Of a DNA stretch of 64,000 nt, positions 1 through 11,469 are shown piece after piece. The stretch is from Convolutriloba macropyga. Taxonomy: Eukaryota. Within the stretch, counting starts at the first letter, position 1; each line of letters opens with the position of its first letter. The position numbers and the translations under genes were made by a program. Where the stretch lies: contig NC_134472.1 in assembly GCF_964194025.1 (NCBI RefSeq), positions 62,434,001-62,498,000 of the forward strand, in the 5' to 3' direction. Under the pieces are notes generated by a model. That model did no database searches. It saw only the letters and a program-made list of their open reading frames with translations, and was not told the origin of the DNA.

Positions 1-1289
1 CTGATTCTAATAGGAAAGAAACCACCCCGGAAAAATTCCGCCATGTTAACCTCGAACTACAGAACATGGGATTTAAAAAAAAAGTATTCATACGCATGCC
101 TGAACAATCTTTCGGTCGTGATAATTTGTTCGTTTGTGTAAAATTCACATCGAGTACCACGGGATACTGATGCATGGCCGAATGGATTAATCTCTTCTTT
201 AAGACAGGGTAATATTTTTTCCTAACTAGATTAGTGGGGGGTTTTCCGTGGGATTTTTTCCTATCTTAAATTGGGTTAGGTTTTTTCGTTGGCTTTTCCG
301 AAGCCCACTTTAAACTTTGAAGTTATTCAAGATCTCTTATTCCATAACATGAAATACATTTACTACATTTTCTTTCATATTTGAGTTTTTTAAAGATAAT
401 GCGACTACATCTAATGTACATTATGATGTAAAGTCGTGTAAAAAATAACTTATTTGTAATTTGAGAACTTCTCTGAAGTCTAGCCTAAGAATTAAGTTTG
501 AAGAACAATTTTTGTGGATATTCAAAACGATAGCTCCCATTTCCCTCATCCCTTCTATTTTCTCTGCACTAAAAAAGATACTACAAAAAATTGCACAATT
601 GTGTCGTAAAAATATTGTTGGCGATCATTCTTGGAGGTGTTTTCGTTCCAACTAAAGAATTATTTTCGTTGTTTGACAAAGCATATGAGCCAAAAATTAT
701 TTCAGATTAGATGTTGTTGTGATCAGTTTTTGAATACTTACTATATGAAAAGGTTAATGAATCGGAACACTAACTCATTTCTTTTGATCTAAGAGGGGAT
801 CAAACGAATGGAAAATGCGAGTGACAAATTAGCTTGAAAGAAGCGGCTGTCAATGGGCGATAAGGGACCCTTCAATTAACTGTTAAAGATTACACGCACC
901 GCAATTCTAGACCGCTTTCAGTTTTGTCAGTTTCGTAACTGACCGGCGAACGCGCTTAATAACTCATTCCATGGCGCCTGCCTTCATTGCTTTGAAGTTG
1001 CTTGTTTTGATCCACAAAATCGAAGTTAAACTGAGTCGACATCGCCCATTAATTCCCCCAGTCTCGATGGTGTCAGCGGATGTACGTGGATCTTTTGTCC
1101 ACCGAATGCGTGAAACTTAATATAAAATATGTGCTCAATGTGTTAAAAGTTGGTTCAAGCTGCTCAATTTGCTGAAACATTTTTTCAAAAAATTTTTGGC
1201 ATAAATTCCACACTTTGAAATAGAAAGTAAAATTAATTCTTTTATTTAATTTCATTACCTGGGTTGCCCTCATACAACATTCCTTGATT

Positions 1290-2050
1290 TCATACAAGTT
1301 CAAATATGATCCCCGATAATCATAAAAGGTGATATATGATTTGTATGATTTTCAGGTAACCAAAGTTTCATACAAAAAACAGTGCATTTGTAAACAACTC
1401 CAATTGTAGCAGCTGCCACGCTCAATTTAACAAAAATACACCAGTGTCACCAAAACAATGAATTGTTGAGTTTCATTTTTACCGGTAATCACACAAGGTC
1501 ATATATGATTTGTAAGATTTCCTGGTAGTAGTCTTACAAAAATCATACAAATTATACGCAAGATCTCAGAAACAACAAAAACCGCAATAAACACTCACAG
1601 GAAACAGATTCAAGCCACAACGTGCTTTGACGAGATGATATCGGAAAAAAACCACTTCATGATTTTCTTTGTAATCATACTAGGTCATATAAAACTTTCT
1701 GGCAAAAAAATGAAGGATCATATATGATTTTTTGGTAATCATAAGAGGAGCATATACGATTTCCTTCTAATCTAACAAGGATCATATATGATTAACATTA
1801 CTGTTAATCAAACAAGGATCTTATATAGTATCCTGCTAGTCATAAAAGGACCATATATGAATTCCTTGATGTTACACCAGCTTCATCAATTATTTATCAC
1901 GGTATATCAGTGCTGATGATCATTTTTTCCAGTTTTTCAAAAATTCGTACCAGAGTTTGGTATGACTATATCAATTTCAAGAAGAAATCATATACAATTT
2001 CCTTGGTTCCATGCAAGGATCGTACTAGGAAATACGCTATGATTTCTATG
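1290..2050. repeat. Degenerate ~35-40 bp repeat array with palindromic core ATCATATATGAT
   Basis: Recurring AAGGATCATATATGATT-like units near 1326, 1495, 1713, 1745, 1777, 1813 and 1846; the core is self-complementary. Confidence 0.6.
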
Positions 2051-2055
2051 ACATA

Positions 2056-2453
2056 TGTGATACATGAGGCTATCATCATTTATTATTTTACCCCATGCAG
2101 TATATCTTATATGATGTCGTAAAGTAGTTCATTTTATTTGCCCTTGATAATCTTGTTCCTATTTATTCAGTTTGCATCTTGTGATCTGTTAATGATTTCC
2201 TTCTTGGTTTCCCGCCTGGTGACCAGACATGTCTGATCACGCATTCACATTTGCTTACAAGCACATCATTTCGTTTCTTTTCATTCTGCTAACTTTTGCA
2301 ATTCAACTTCAATTAACAATTCTCTTCTTCAATCCCGCTCCGCTAGTAAGCATTAATAATTCAAATCAGGATTTCGCTCCGCAAATCTCTCTCTAAATAA
2401 TTCTAAGCATACTCGCACCGCGAATAGCTACTCTATTTGATCAGAGTACGACA
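2056..2453 (+). repeat. Gypsy LTR 1 (5' LTR)
   Basis: TGTGATAC...GTACGACA, 398 bp; about 94-96% identical to the other two LTRs by manual comparison. Confidence 0.95.
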
Positions 2454-5400
2454 TGGCGCAGTCAGCAACTAAACGAACACCTATCGGAATTGACCCTTTC
2501 TGGGACAAACTTACACCCGATCCCCCTCTTCGCTGGGAGAAATGGAGAGTGCAGTACAGATTGGTACTGTTGGCAAAGGAGAATATCATTCTCGATACGC
2601 TACTTGGACCTAAACCTGAGATGGTGGAACTTCCTCTTGAGCCAATATATGGAGAGACAATAGTGGGTGCTTCCGCATAATCGGAGAGAGAGAGGAACGC
2701 GCGCAACGCGCAACAGAAAATGAACTGGCAAAACAAATGCCAACGACTAATAGAAGTGGGTATCATGTGTGGTGACAAACCGTGGCCACTGGCAGATCGT
2801 AAAACTGTATCTCTACTCTACCTAAGCATCGTAATAGAAGGACGTTGCATACCAATTGCAAGAATCCGCACATCATGATCGATACCCTCGCTACTGTAGA
2901 CTTCTGGAAGATCGTGGAAGAGGCATTCATCCGCCCTCGCAACATAACTTTCGATCGTCATGTCTTTTTGGTTACGAAACAATTTCGGGGAGAAACAGTA
3001 GAACATTTCTATGGAAAATTAAAGGAATTGGCAGAAAACTGTGACTTTCAGAACAAGGAAGAGACCCTGATACGCAACGTCTTCATCACTAATCTGATGG
3101 ATCCTGAAATTCAAAAGGAACTTCTAAAACAAACCGTCGAACCGCGGCAGGCTTTGGAGCTAGCAAGCAACATGGAACTCGGGATGCAAAACCAACAACA
3201 AATACAGCAACACAACAAGATGGTTGTTCCGGCAAACGTCAACGCGGTCCAATTCGCCAATAATTCCCGAAACTCGTACTGGCAAAATACGAACAATGCC
3301 CCAAAACAAAACAATCGTTCGACACTCAATTGCTCAAGCTGCGAAGGAATGTGGCTTCCGAATCACCGCAAAAAATGTATCGCGAAAGGCAAAACGTGTA
3401 ACAATTATGGACTTCTAAATCATTTCGCGAAGGTTTGTAGAAAACAAAAGAATGTGAATACAAAACCACAAAACTCAAAGAAAAAGATGGTACGTGTTGT
3501 GGAAGAAGAACCGCATCCCTAGGACTCAGTGAATTTTCTACAACCAGCCAAACTGTATGAATCGGACAAGAGTAGTGGAGAAGAGGATAACACGGTTGCG
3601 GTGATTGAGAACGCTGTAGAGAAAGTAGAACCACTCAACATGCCAATCAAGATTGGCAATCTCAACACTACACTACTCGTGGACTCCGGGAGCGCATGTA
3701 GTATTCTCAACCGTTCACTCGCATCGCAAGTGGTACAAAGCAGTCCTCGCGCTTTCTGGATTAACAAAAAGGTGTCCCCACAACTTCGGACCTTTTCAAA
3801 TGAACCAATCCAGGTTGAGGGAAAGATACAATCCCCAATAATGAGCAATGGTTGGACATGTGATTCAGCGACATTCACAGTTGTAGCTGACGGACTAAAG
3901 TCTCTAATTGGCCGTGATTTATTTGATCAACTTGGTTTGGCAGTGATTCAATCTACATCTCAAAAAGGTAATCATGTCAACAACATTTCATCCCCATAAT
4001 TCAAAGAACAAATCGCAAAAACTTTGCCCGAATTGATATGGCGTATTGGAAGATCGAATAGTCATGTAGCAAAATCTAAGTTTCACAAAGATTTCCAACC
4101 TAGACATCAAAAAAGTAGACGTATTCCAATTAATCTACAAGAAAAAGTTAATATCGAACTTAAAAAACTGTTAGACGAAAAACATATTATAAAACTTTCA
4201 AGCTGCCCTGATAAATATTTCATATCACCAATTGTGGCCACAGTACAGAAAGACCAAACAATAAAGCTCGGATTCAAAAGTATTAAACAAAGCCATTCAA
4301 AAGAATAATTATTAGATGCCGAATATTGATACGTTAATTGAATCCATTTCTCAACAAATAAGTGCTCCCGCGTCGCAAAACAAAACGTACTTCTCTTCGA
4401 TTGATTTGAAATACGCTTACAGTCAGTTGCATTTAGACGCTAAAACGGCCAATCACTGTAACTTTAATATCATCAGTGGTGATATGACTGGCACTTACAG
4501 ATTTCAAACAGGATTTTACGGTCTCACAGATATGCCAGCTGAATTTCAAAAAGCTATGGATTACACCCTAATTGGCTTAAAAAATACATATTGTTTTCTG
4601 GACGATATTTTGATTGTTAGCAAAGGATCTCTGGAAGAACATAAAAACTATGTAATTAAATGTCTGCAAAGATTAGATGATAAAAATTTTAGGATACAAC
4701 TTCCTAAATGTCATTTTGGGAAGTTAGAAATTGATTGGCTTGGATACCATATCTCGCACTCAGGTATCTCGCCTCTTGAAAGCAAAACAGCTGCTATATT
4801 AACACTCGAAGCTCCAAAAACTCTAAAGAAACTCCGTTCTTTTTTTGGATCAGTTCACTACATTGGGAAATTCATTCCTAATCTTGCTCAAATTAGTTAC
4901 CCCCTCCGCCCATTACTGAAAAAGTCATCAGAATTTCTCTGTACAGCGGAACATAAGAACTGTTTTAACGAGATTAAAACTCGCATTGCGAACGCAGCCG
5001 CAAACAGCCACTATAACCCGCAACTCGAAAAGCGCGTGAAATGTGATGCGTCACGTTCCGGCCTCGGAGCAGCTCTTGAACAACTAACAGTTGATGGGTG
5101 GAAACCAATCGCATTTGCGTCTCAATTTTTAAATTCATGCGAAGAACGTTATATTGTAAATGAACTTGAACTTCTGGGTGCAGTCTGGTCAATTGAATAT
5201 TTCAAAAAATATTTGTATCGAAAACATTTTACGGTGATTACGGATCATCGTGCACTTCTATCAATCATGAAAGAAAATAGATCGAATAAATCCTACAACA
5301 GCAGATTGACCCGCTGGGTCGATCGCTTACTCCCTTTTAAAATTGAAATTGAACATCTTCCCGGGGCGGAAATGGGTTTAGTCGACTACATTTCTAGACA

Positions 5401-8305
5401 CCCATCGCAAAAATGTATCAGCATATGATGAGGAATTCATTGTAGCGAAATTAAAATTAATGTCTACATCTATCAATGCATTAGAGTTAAACAACACAAA
5501 ATCTGCATCTCAATTACACCAATTAATAATACCGCACAATCCTGCATTGCAAATTACACCTACAATTGAGGCACATAAACCCGCCTTACAAATCACACCT
5601 AAAATTGAAGCCAATAATAAGGCAATAAACTCAATTAACACACACGCAACACGAGTACGCAAATATGTTTTCTACAATTCACCCGCGCCGCAAAAACTAA
5701 CCTCAAATGCTAATAGCAATTTAAACAATTCGAAATATGTAGAACACGCGTCGTAAATTCCGCTTAACACTTCTCTCGCTCAGCGAAATACCAGTAAGAA
5801 TAAACAATTATTCCAAATTCGAAATAAAGTAGCTCTCGCGCAGCGCGAGCCTCAAATTAGTCAATCTAAAATCCCGCCAATTAAGAGACATTCCTCAAAT
5901 ATCTTTAAAAGTCATCACCCAAAAATTAAATCAGTGCTTTTTGCCTCTAGTCATTCTACAATCCAGTCGTGTATTTTAAATTCCAAAAATGCCTTCTAGG
6001 AAGCGTATCACTCGCGTTCGTTTCAACGACCCATCCCGCGCGGCGAATCACCAATCGGCCAGTGAAAACGGAACTCGCCCTACAAGTCAGCGATTTAAAC
6101 CGCCAACTAATTCCCGCGCCGCGAATCAACGTAACGAACCTTCTAGCGACACCCGTGCAACAATTCTCCTCTAATTACAACGCCGACATCCCGGACTCAT
6201 TCATCGAACACAAGCACACCTCCCACACCCAGCCCACATGTCCCGGCGTTTGACTATATCGTATCGAAAATATTCAACAAGTCACTGATTGCATCCCTGA
6301 CTAGCAAAGATGCAGTATTGAAAGAGGTCCGGGATTGTATCCTGAAAGACAACGAGAGCCGTCTCAAAGCTTTAAACCCTTATATCCATTCCTATTGGAG
6401 GGACCTCCACGTACGTTCCGGGTGCGTATGTATTGATGAAAAGGTCGCCATACCGAATGTTCTGCGAGAGGCGATGATCGATGACATACACTCCAGCCAC
6501 CCGGGTACATGGGGTATGATTTGTATGGCCAAGCATTGTTGGTGGCCATACATGCATCCAGCGCTCATTGTTAAAGCCACCTAGTGCAAACCCTGCACGG
6601 TGGTTGGTACGAACCTTAAATCTGTTATTCCGGCTAAGCAATTTAATCCCCACATACCGTGTGTTGGACCAAATCAAGAAATTCAAATTGATTTTGGAGC
6701 TCCAATATTTGATGAAAAGGGTAATGAAGTTTAATTTCTAGCAGCAATTGACCGTTTTTCTAAATACCCTACTGCATATATTTATGACAAGGCTAATGGA
6801 CCAAACGTTCTAAAATTTTGGGACATGTATATTGAAACACGGGATTCCACGATCTATTTGTCTCGATCAAGCAAAGTGTTTAGTTGGCAATCAAGAAAAG
6901 ACCATTTGTAATAAAAAATATCAATGATATAATCGAAGCTCTTGTGAACGACCATCGTGCTATTGGATTGGTAGAAAGACATATCCAAACTATTAAAAAT
7001 AGACTCGCATGTATTAAAGGGGAAAAATCGTCTACTAACGCCTTTCATGTAAAGCATGCATTAAAGATAATAATACACCAATTGCGAGTATGTAAACAAA
7101 GAACAACAAAGATCTCGCCGTTCGAAGCACACTTTGGAAGAAAACCTAACAACCCGCTAAGCGTAATAGCGACAAAGCCTAAATTGACAAATCTAACATA
7201 TGAAAACATTGGAAACAACTATTTAGATGGAGACACAGTGATGCCGGAAGAAATCCTTCCAGACGACAAGTGAGTGAACGGCTATCGCAGTGACATCGAA
7301 GTGGAAGCTGGTATGTCACGGGCGACGCACGAAGCAAAGGAACGAGAAAGAGCTAGCACGGACGGCAAGTCACGATTCTTACGAACCAAGGCAATCCGCC
7401 CACTCTCGCTGAAAGAACGTGCAGTAGAGCTCAATCTATCCCGGAAAATTCATGAAAGGAGAAGATCCAAGAAGAATTTAGAGGGGTTTTACGAAGTACT
7501 CGCGCCGGGCTCGCACATCCTGAAGGTTAGCCCGACCACCTCGACGATTAAAGAACCTGGCAATCCAGTGGTCACTGTACGTAACAGTGACATTGCGAAA
7601 TTCGAGAAACAATTGGGGCGGCAAACTCCATTGAAAGCATATGCGGACAGGAGGGGACCACGTTCAGGCGAGAAAATTGTAGAAGAACTAATCCAAAGTC
7701 ACGTGAAAGAATTCTCAAGAAAACAAAAAGGAGATAAAAAGATGAAGCACCGAAAACGTTACCCGGGCAGCGGGGTATCTTCATCCAAATCTAATATCTC
7801 ACGCGCGATGCGAGGGCGAATCCCCAAAATCCCAAACTTTCTCGCTATCCGAAATCAACAATCTGACTCCGCCGCGGTTTCGCATAGCGAGGAACCAACA
7901 ATATCGTCCACAAATACGCGGACCGCAGCAGCACAACAAAAGAGATCGTCAGATAGAAATAGGCGTACTCCATCATTTTACGGATTCGACAGTCCAACTC
8001 CAGACTCCACAATTTTGCCACCACCAAAACGACCTCGACGAGCGGGTGTTGTGGAAAATTTCCAGCCTCCACCCGAGTCTATTGTAGAGTCGGTTCAACA
8101 GATTGCGGAAAATCAGCCTGAAGAGACTAACATTTCGCCACAAATTGGAGAAGTTTCACCACCCGCTTCGCGGAATTCGTCTCTACTCGAAATAGATATG
8201 CCAACCCTCGTTCAGTCAATGACGGCACTCGAGGCAGAAGGACATGACTCAGATGAAAATGAATGGGAAATTGAAACTACACTTCTTCGAAACTATGTCA
8301 ATTGA
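2453..8305 (+). pseudogene. Gypsy gag-pol, disrupted by stops and frameshifts
   Basis: Two CCHC-type knuckles (CSSC...H...C; CNNY..H....C), protease LLVDSGS, RT FLDD, RNase H CDAS/ELE/TDH, integrase H-x3-H zinc finger and core, then a long basic C-terminal extension (7274-8305). Confidence 0.92.
2454..2471 (+). promoter_or_regulatory. Primer binding site (TGGCGCAGTC..., tRNA-Ser-like)
   Basis: TGG immediately after the LTR CA; first 10 nt resemble the tRNA-Ser PBS of insect gypsy-group elements. Confidence 0.7.
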
Positions 8306-8457
8306 AATATTTCATATATTAATAGTACTTATTTTTAGCTATGATAACCAGCAAATATATTGCTATTATTTATTTAACCGGGGACAAAGTATTAATTTGA
8401 AAATATTGTGATAATGTATACATTCAAAAATTTTATTCAACAATTTTCTTTGTCAAT

Positions 8458-8467
8458 GTGAGGGGTA
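8458..8467 (+). promoter_or_regulatory. Polypurine tract
   Basis: GTGAGGGGTA directly before LTR 2. Confidence 0.7.
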
Positions 8468-8865
8468 TGTGATACCTGAGGCTGTCATCATTTATTAATT
8501 TACCCGATGCAGTATATCTTATATGATGTCGTAAAGTAGTTCTTTTTATTTGCCCTTGATAATCTTGATCATATTTATTCAGTTTGCATCTTGTGATCTG
8601 TTAATGATTTCCTTCTTGGTTTCCCGCCTCGTGATCAGACATGTCTGATCACGCATTCACGTTTGCTTAGAAGCACTTCATTTCATTTCTTTTCATTCTG
8701 CTAACTTTTGCAATTCAAATTCAGTTAACAAATCTCTTCTTCAATCCCGCTCCGCGAGTAAGCGCAAATAATTTAAATCAGGATTTCACTCCGCAAATCT
8801 CTCTCTAAATAATTCTAAGCATAGTCGCACCGCAAATAGCTACTCTATTTGATCAGAGTACGACA
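8468..8865 (+). repeat. Gypsy LTR 2, preceded by the PPT and followed by a second PBS
   Basis: 398-bp copy; followed by TGGCGCAGTCAGCAACTAAACGAACACCT, identical to the sequence after LTR 1. Confidence 0.95.
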
Positions 8866-8896
8866 TGGCGCAGTCAGCAACTAAACGAACACCTCT

Positions 8897-9048
8897 CGGT
8901 ATATCAGTGCTGATGAGAATTTTTCCAGTTTCTCAAAAATTCGTACCAGAGTTTGGTATGACTACATCAATTTCAAGAAGAAATATACAATTTCCTTGGT
9001 TCCATGCAAGGATCGTACTAATAAATACACTATGATTTCTATGGCATC
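8897..9048 (+). repeat. Duplicate of the left genomic flank (1900-2055)
   Basis: CGGTATATCAGTGCTGATGA...TATGATTTCTATG matches 1900-2055 with few mismatches. Confidence 0.9.
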
Positions 9049-9446
9049 TGTGATACATGAGGCTATCATCTTTTATTATTTTACCCGATGCAGTATATCT
9101 TATATGATGTCGTAAAGTAGTTCATTTTATTTGCCCTTGATAATCTTGTTCATATTTATTCAGTTTGCATCTTGTGATCTGTTAATGATTTCTTTCTTGG
9201 TTTCCCGCCTCGTGATCAGACATTTCTGATCACGCATTCACGTTTGCTTACAAGCACATCATTTCATTTCTTTTCATTCTGCTAACTTTTGCAATTCAAA
9301 TTCAGTTAACAATTCTCTTCTTCAATCACGCTCCGCGAGTAAGCGCAAATAATTCAAATCAGGATTTCGCTCCGCAAATCTCTCTCTAAATAATTCTAAG
9401 CATACTCGCACCGCGAATAGCTACTCTATTTGATCAGAGTACGACA
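9049..9446 (+). repeat. Gypsy LTR 3 (solo-like, flanked by GCATC/ACATC)
   Basis: 398-bp copy flanked by a near-perfect 5-bp TSD. Confidence 0.95.
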
Positions 9447-10882
9447 ACATCATCTATGTACAATTACCGGGAAAGGTCATCCGGGTGCATTACTTTACAT
9501 ATATTTTGGACAATTCTTGCAAAAATTTAGAACGACGGTATCAGCCCAATCCTAACTAGAATTCAAATTTGGATGCTCAGCACATTCAGCGCTTTTCTGA
9601 CATACTCTCTGACTTTTCCTATTCTTTTTCTGCATTTTTTGGGGTTGTTTTCAAACGCTTTCTGAAAAAGTTGTAAAATCACTAATTATTTACTCCAGTA
9701 AAGAGAAAAAAATAATTTTCTCCATTACTATAGTACATAAATTTAAAGAATGATTAGAACGCAAAAAATTAGAATGGGCCTTCAAAACTTGGTTTGAAAG
9801 GACTTTCTCTTTTTAAATTATTATTCGCAGTTCAACCTGCATCCCCATTTTCTTTCATAAAAATGAAAAACAAAGTAGAATAGGGAACAAAATGGATTTA
9901 ACACCACAACAATTGTACAGTTTAGTATAAAAAATTAATTGGCAATGAATAAGGAACGAAAGGTAAAAAATTTTGTATTCAATGAAAGCTTGAAAATTTT
10001 GTGTTTCTATTTGCATTTCTTTTTATTTTCAAATATAAAAATGATTAGTTAATTGACCTGCATTCTTTCACAAAAATTCATACAGTAGAACTCATAGGAA
10101 TTAACTTACTTTCAAAATGTTTTGGCAGTAAAATAATTTCAGATCCAATAAAAAATTTTTCGTATACCAGTAGCCAAGGAAACAATTGAAACCAAGACAT
10201 CTGAATAAAATGCGTAAATTTTTTGAAGGAACTAATTTCTTTGAAAGGTTTAAAACTTCGATTTAAGTTTTTAAATTGACGTGCTCAATCGATGCGTGAT
10301 TTGCAATTGAAGCGCTCAAGTTATTAGCAGTTTTTTGTTACTTGAAACCTCAGTAAGCATGTTTTTTTGCAAAACTATTTTATATTTGATTGACACAGCA
10401 ATAATTTGCTGTTTTTTCGATTGCCTAGATTTTCAAAATTTATATGTTATCCAGATATCAATATGAACTAATTATCAACTCCTTTTAACATTTTTTTGTG
10501 CGTGCTCTTTTTGTGTTTCAAAGCAATAGTGTTGAGTAGAAATAAATCTTCAAATGACTTTCTAATGCATCAAAAAAATTTATGTACATATGATAATTTG
10601 GTCACCGCATATTCAGAAATTGCAATTATGCGAAATTGAGATAACGTTTTTCAAACTTTGTGTTCAAAGTATAAAACACGTCATTTTTTAGACTTCAATA
10701 CTTCGAAAGTATGCTCAAAGATTTGTCAATTGTTTGTAGATAATTTGTGACATGATAGCCAACAGGTAAGGTATGCATTTCATGCATCAAGGATTATGAT
10801 GGCTCTTTTCACTGATTTAGTGTAACTACCTATGTGAGGCTGAGCTCTCACTTAATCAAGCTTCAGGTTGAACAAACCTTAC

Positions 10883-10960
10883 CATTCTTGGCTGCAATGG
10901 TGGTACCACGTTTAATTTTCAGACGCAAAGAGGTGACTGCAGTACCAGTCATGAAACGAG
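10883..10960 (-). other. Candidate 78-nt symmetric (phase 1-1) coding exon of an unidentified gene
   Basis: On the minus strand: TTCAATAG| acceptor, open frame RFMTGTAVTSLRLKIKRGTTIAAKN, AATG|GTAAGG donor; no partner exons identified. Confidence 0.25.
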
Positions 10961-11469
10961 CTATTGAAATGTGGTGATAATAAGAAAAAAAGAAAGCTAT
11001 AACAAACGGGATTGGCCTCATGCTTTTTAATATAATTACACAATAAAAAGTTATTACTGCAGATAGATGTGTTTCTTTCAACAGAGCCTTATGACAATCT
11101 CTTTAAAACAGAAGGTTTCAAAAGTTTCAAAAGCACTAAAACTAGCAAAGCTTGACGCATGAGTATTGAGCAGAATTTATGAACTAAACTTTTCCTAATA
11201 TTCATATTTGAACCCAAGCGTTGGGTTTGTTTTGAACATTTTGAATGCAACTTATAACTTTATGAACCCTTTGCCTTGATCGCGTTCAGCTTTCCTGTTC
11301 CTTGTATTTTCTCACTCAGTTCAGGTTATACTCTAATCTAAACAAACCACAAAATGTCCTTCTATACACATAGAGTTAGCATAATTGTCCGAACAGCCCC
11401 TACATGTAAATGACAATCAATATCCTGCGTGTTTGTTTAACACAGGAGATATTATCCTGCCCATTTTCA

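Larger units (their letters stand above)
2056..9446 (+). mobile_element. Ty3/Gypsy LTR retrotransposon (decayed) with three LTRs
   Basis: Three 398-bp TG...CA LTRs, PBS, PPT, domain order gag-PR-RT-RH-IN; TSD-like ACATA (2051-2055), GCATC (9044-9048) and ACATC (9447-9451). Confidence 0.95.

Noticed and set aside
1290-2050. CRISPR-like repeat-spacer array
   Set aside because: Repeats are degenerate with irregular spacing, no cas genes are present, and the context is eukaryotic.
7274-8305. Possible env-like third ORF of the Gypsy element
   Set aside because: In frame with the integrase ORF across a single TGA, with no signal peptide or transmembrane segment; more likely the pol C-terminus.
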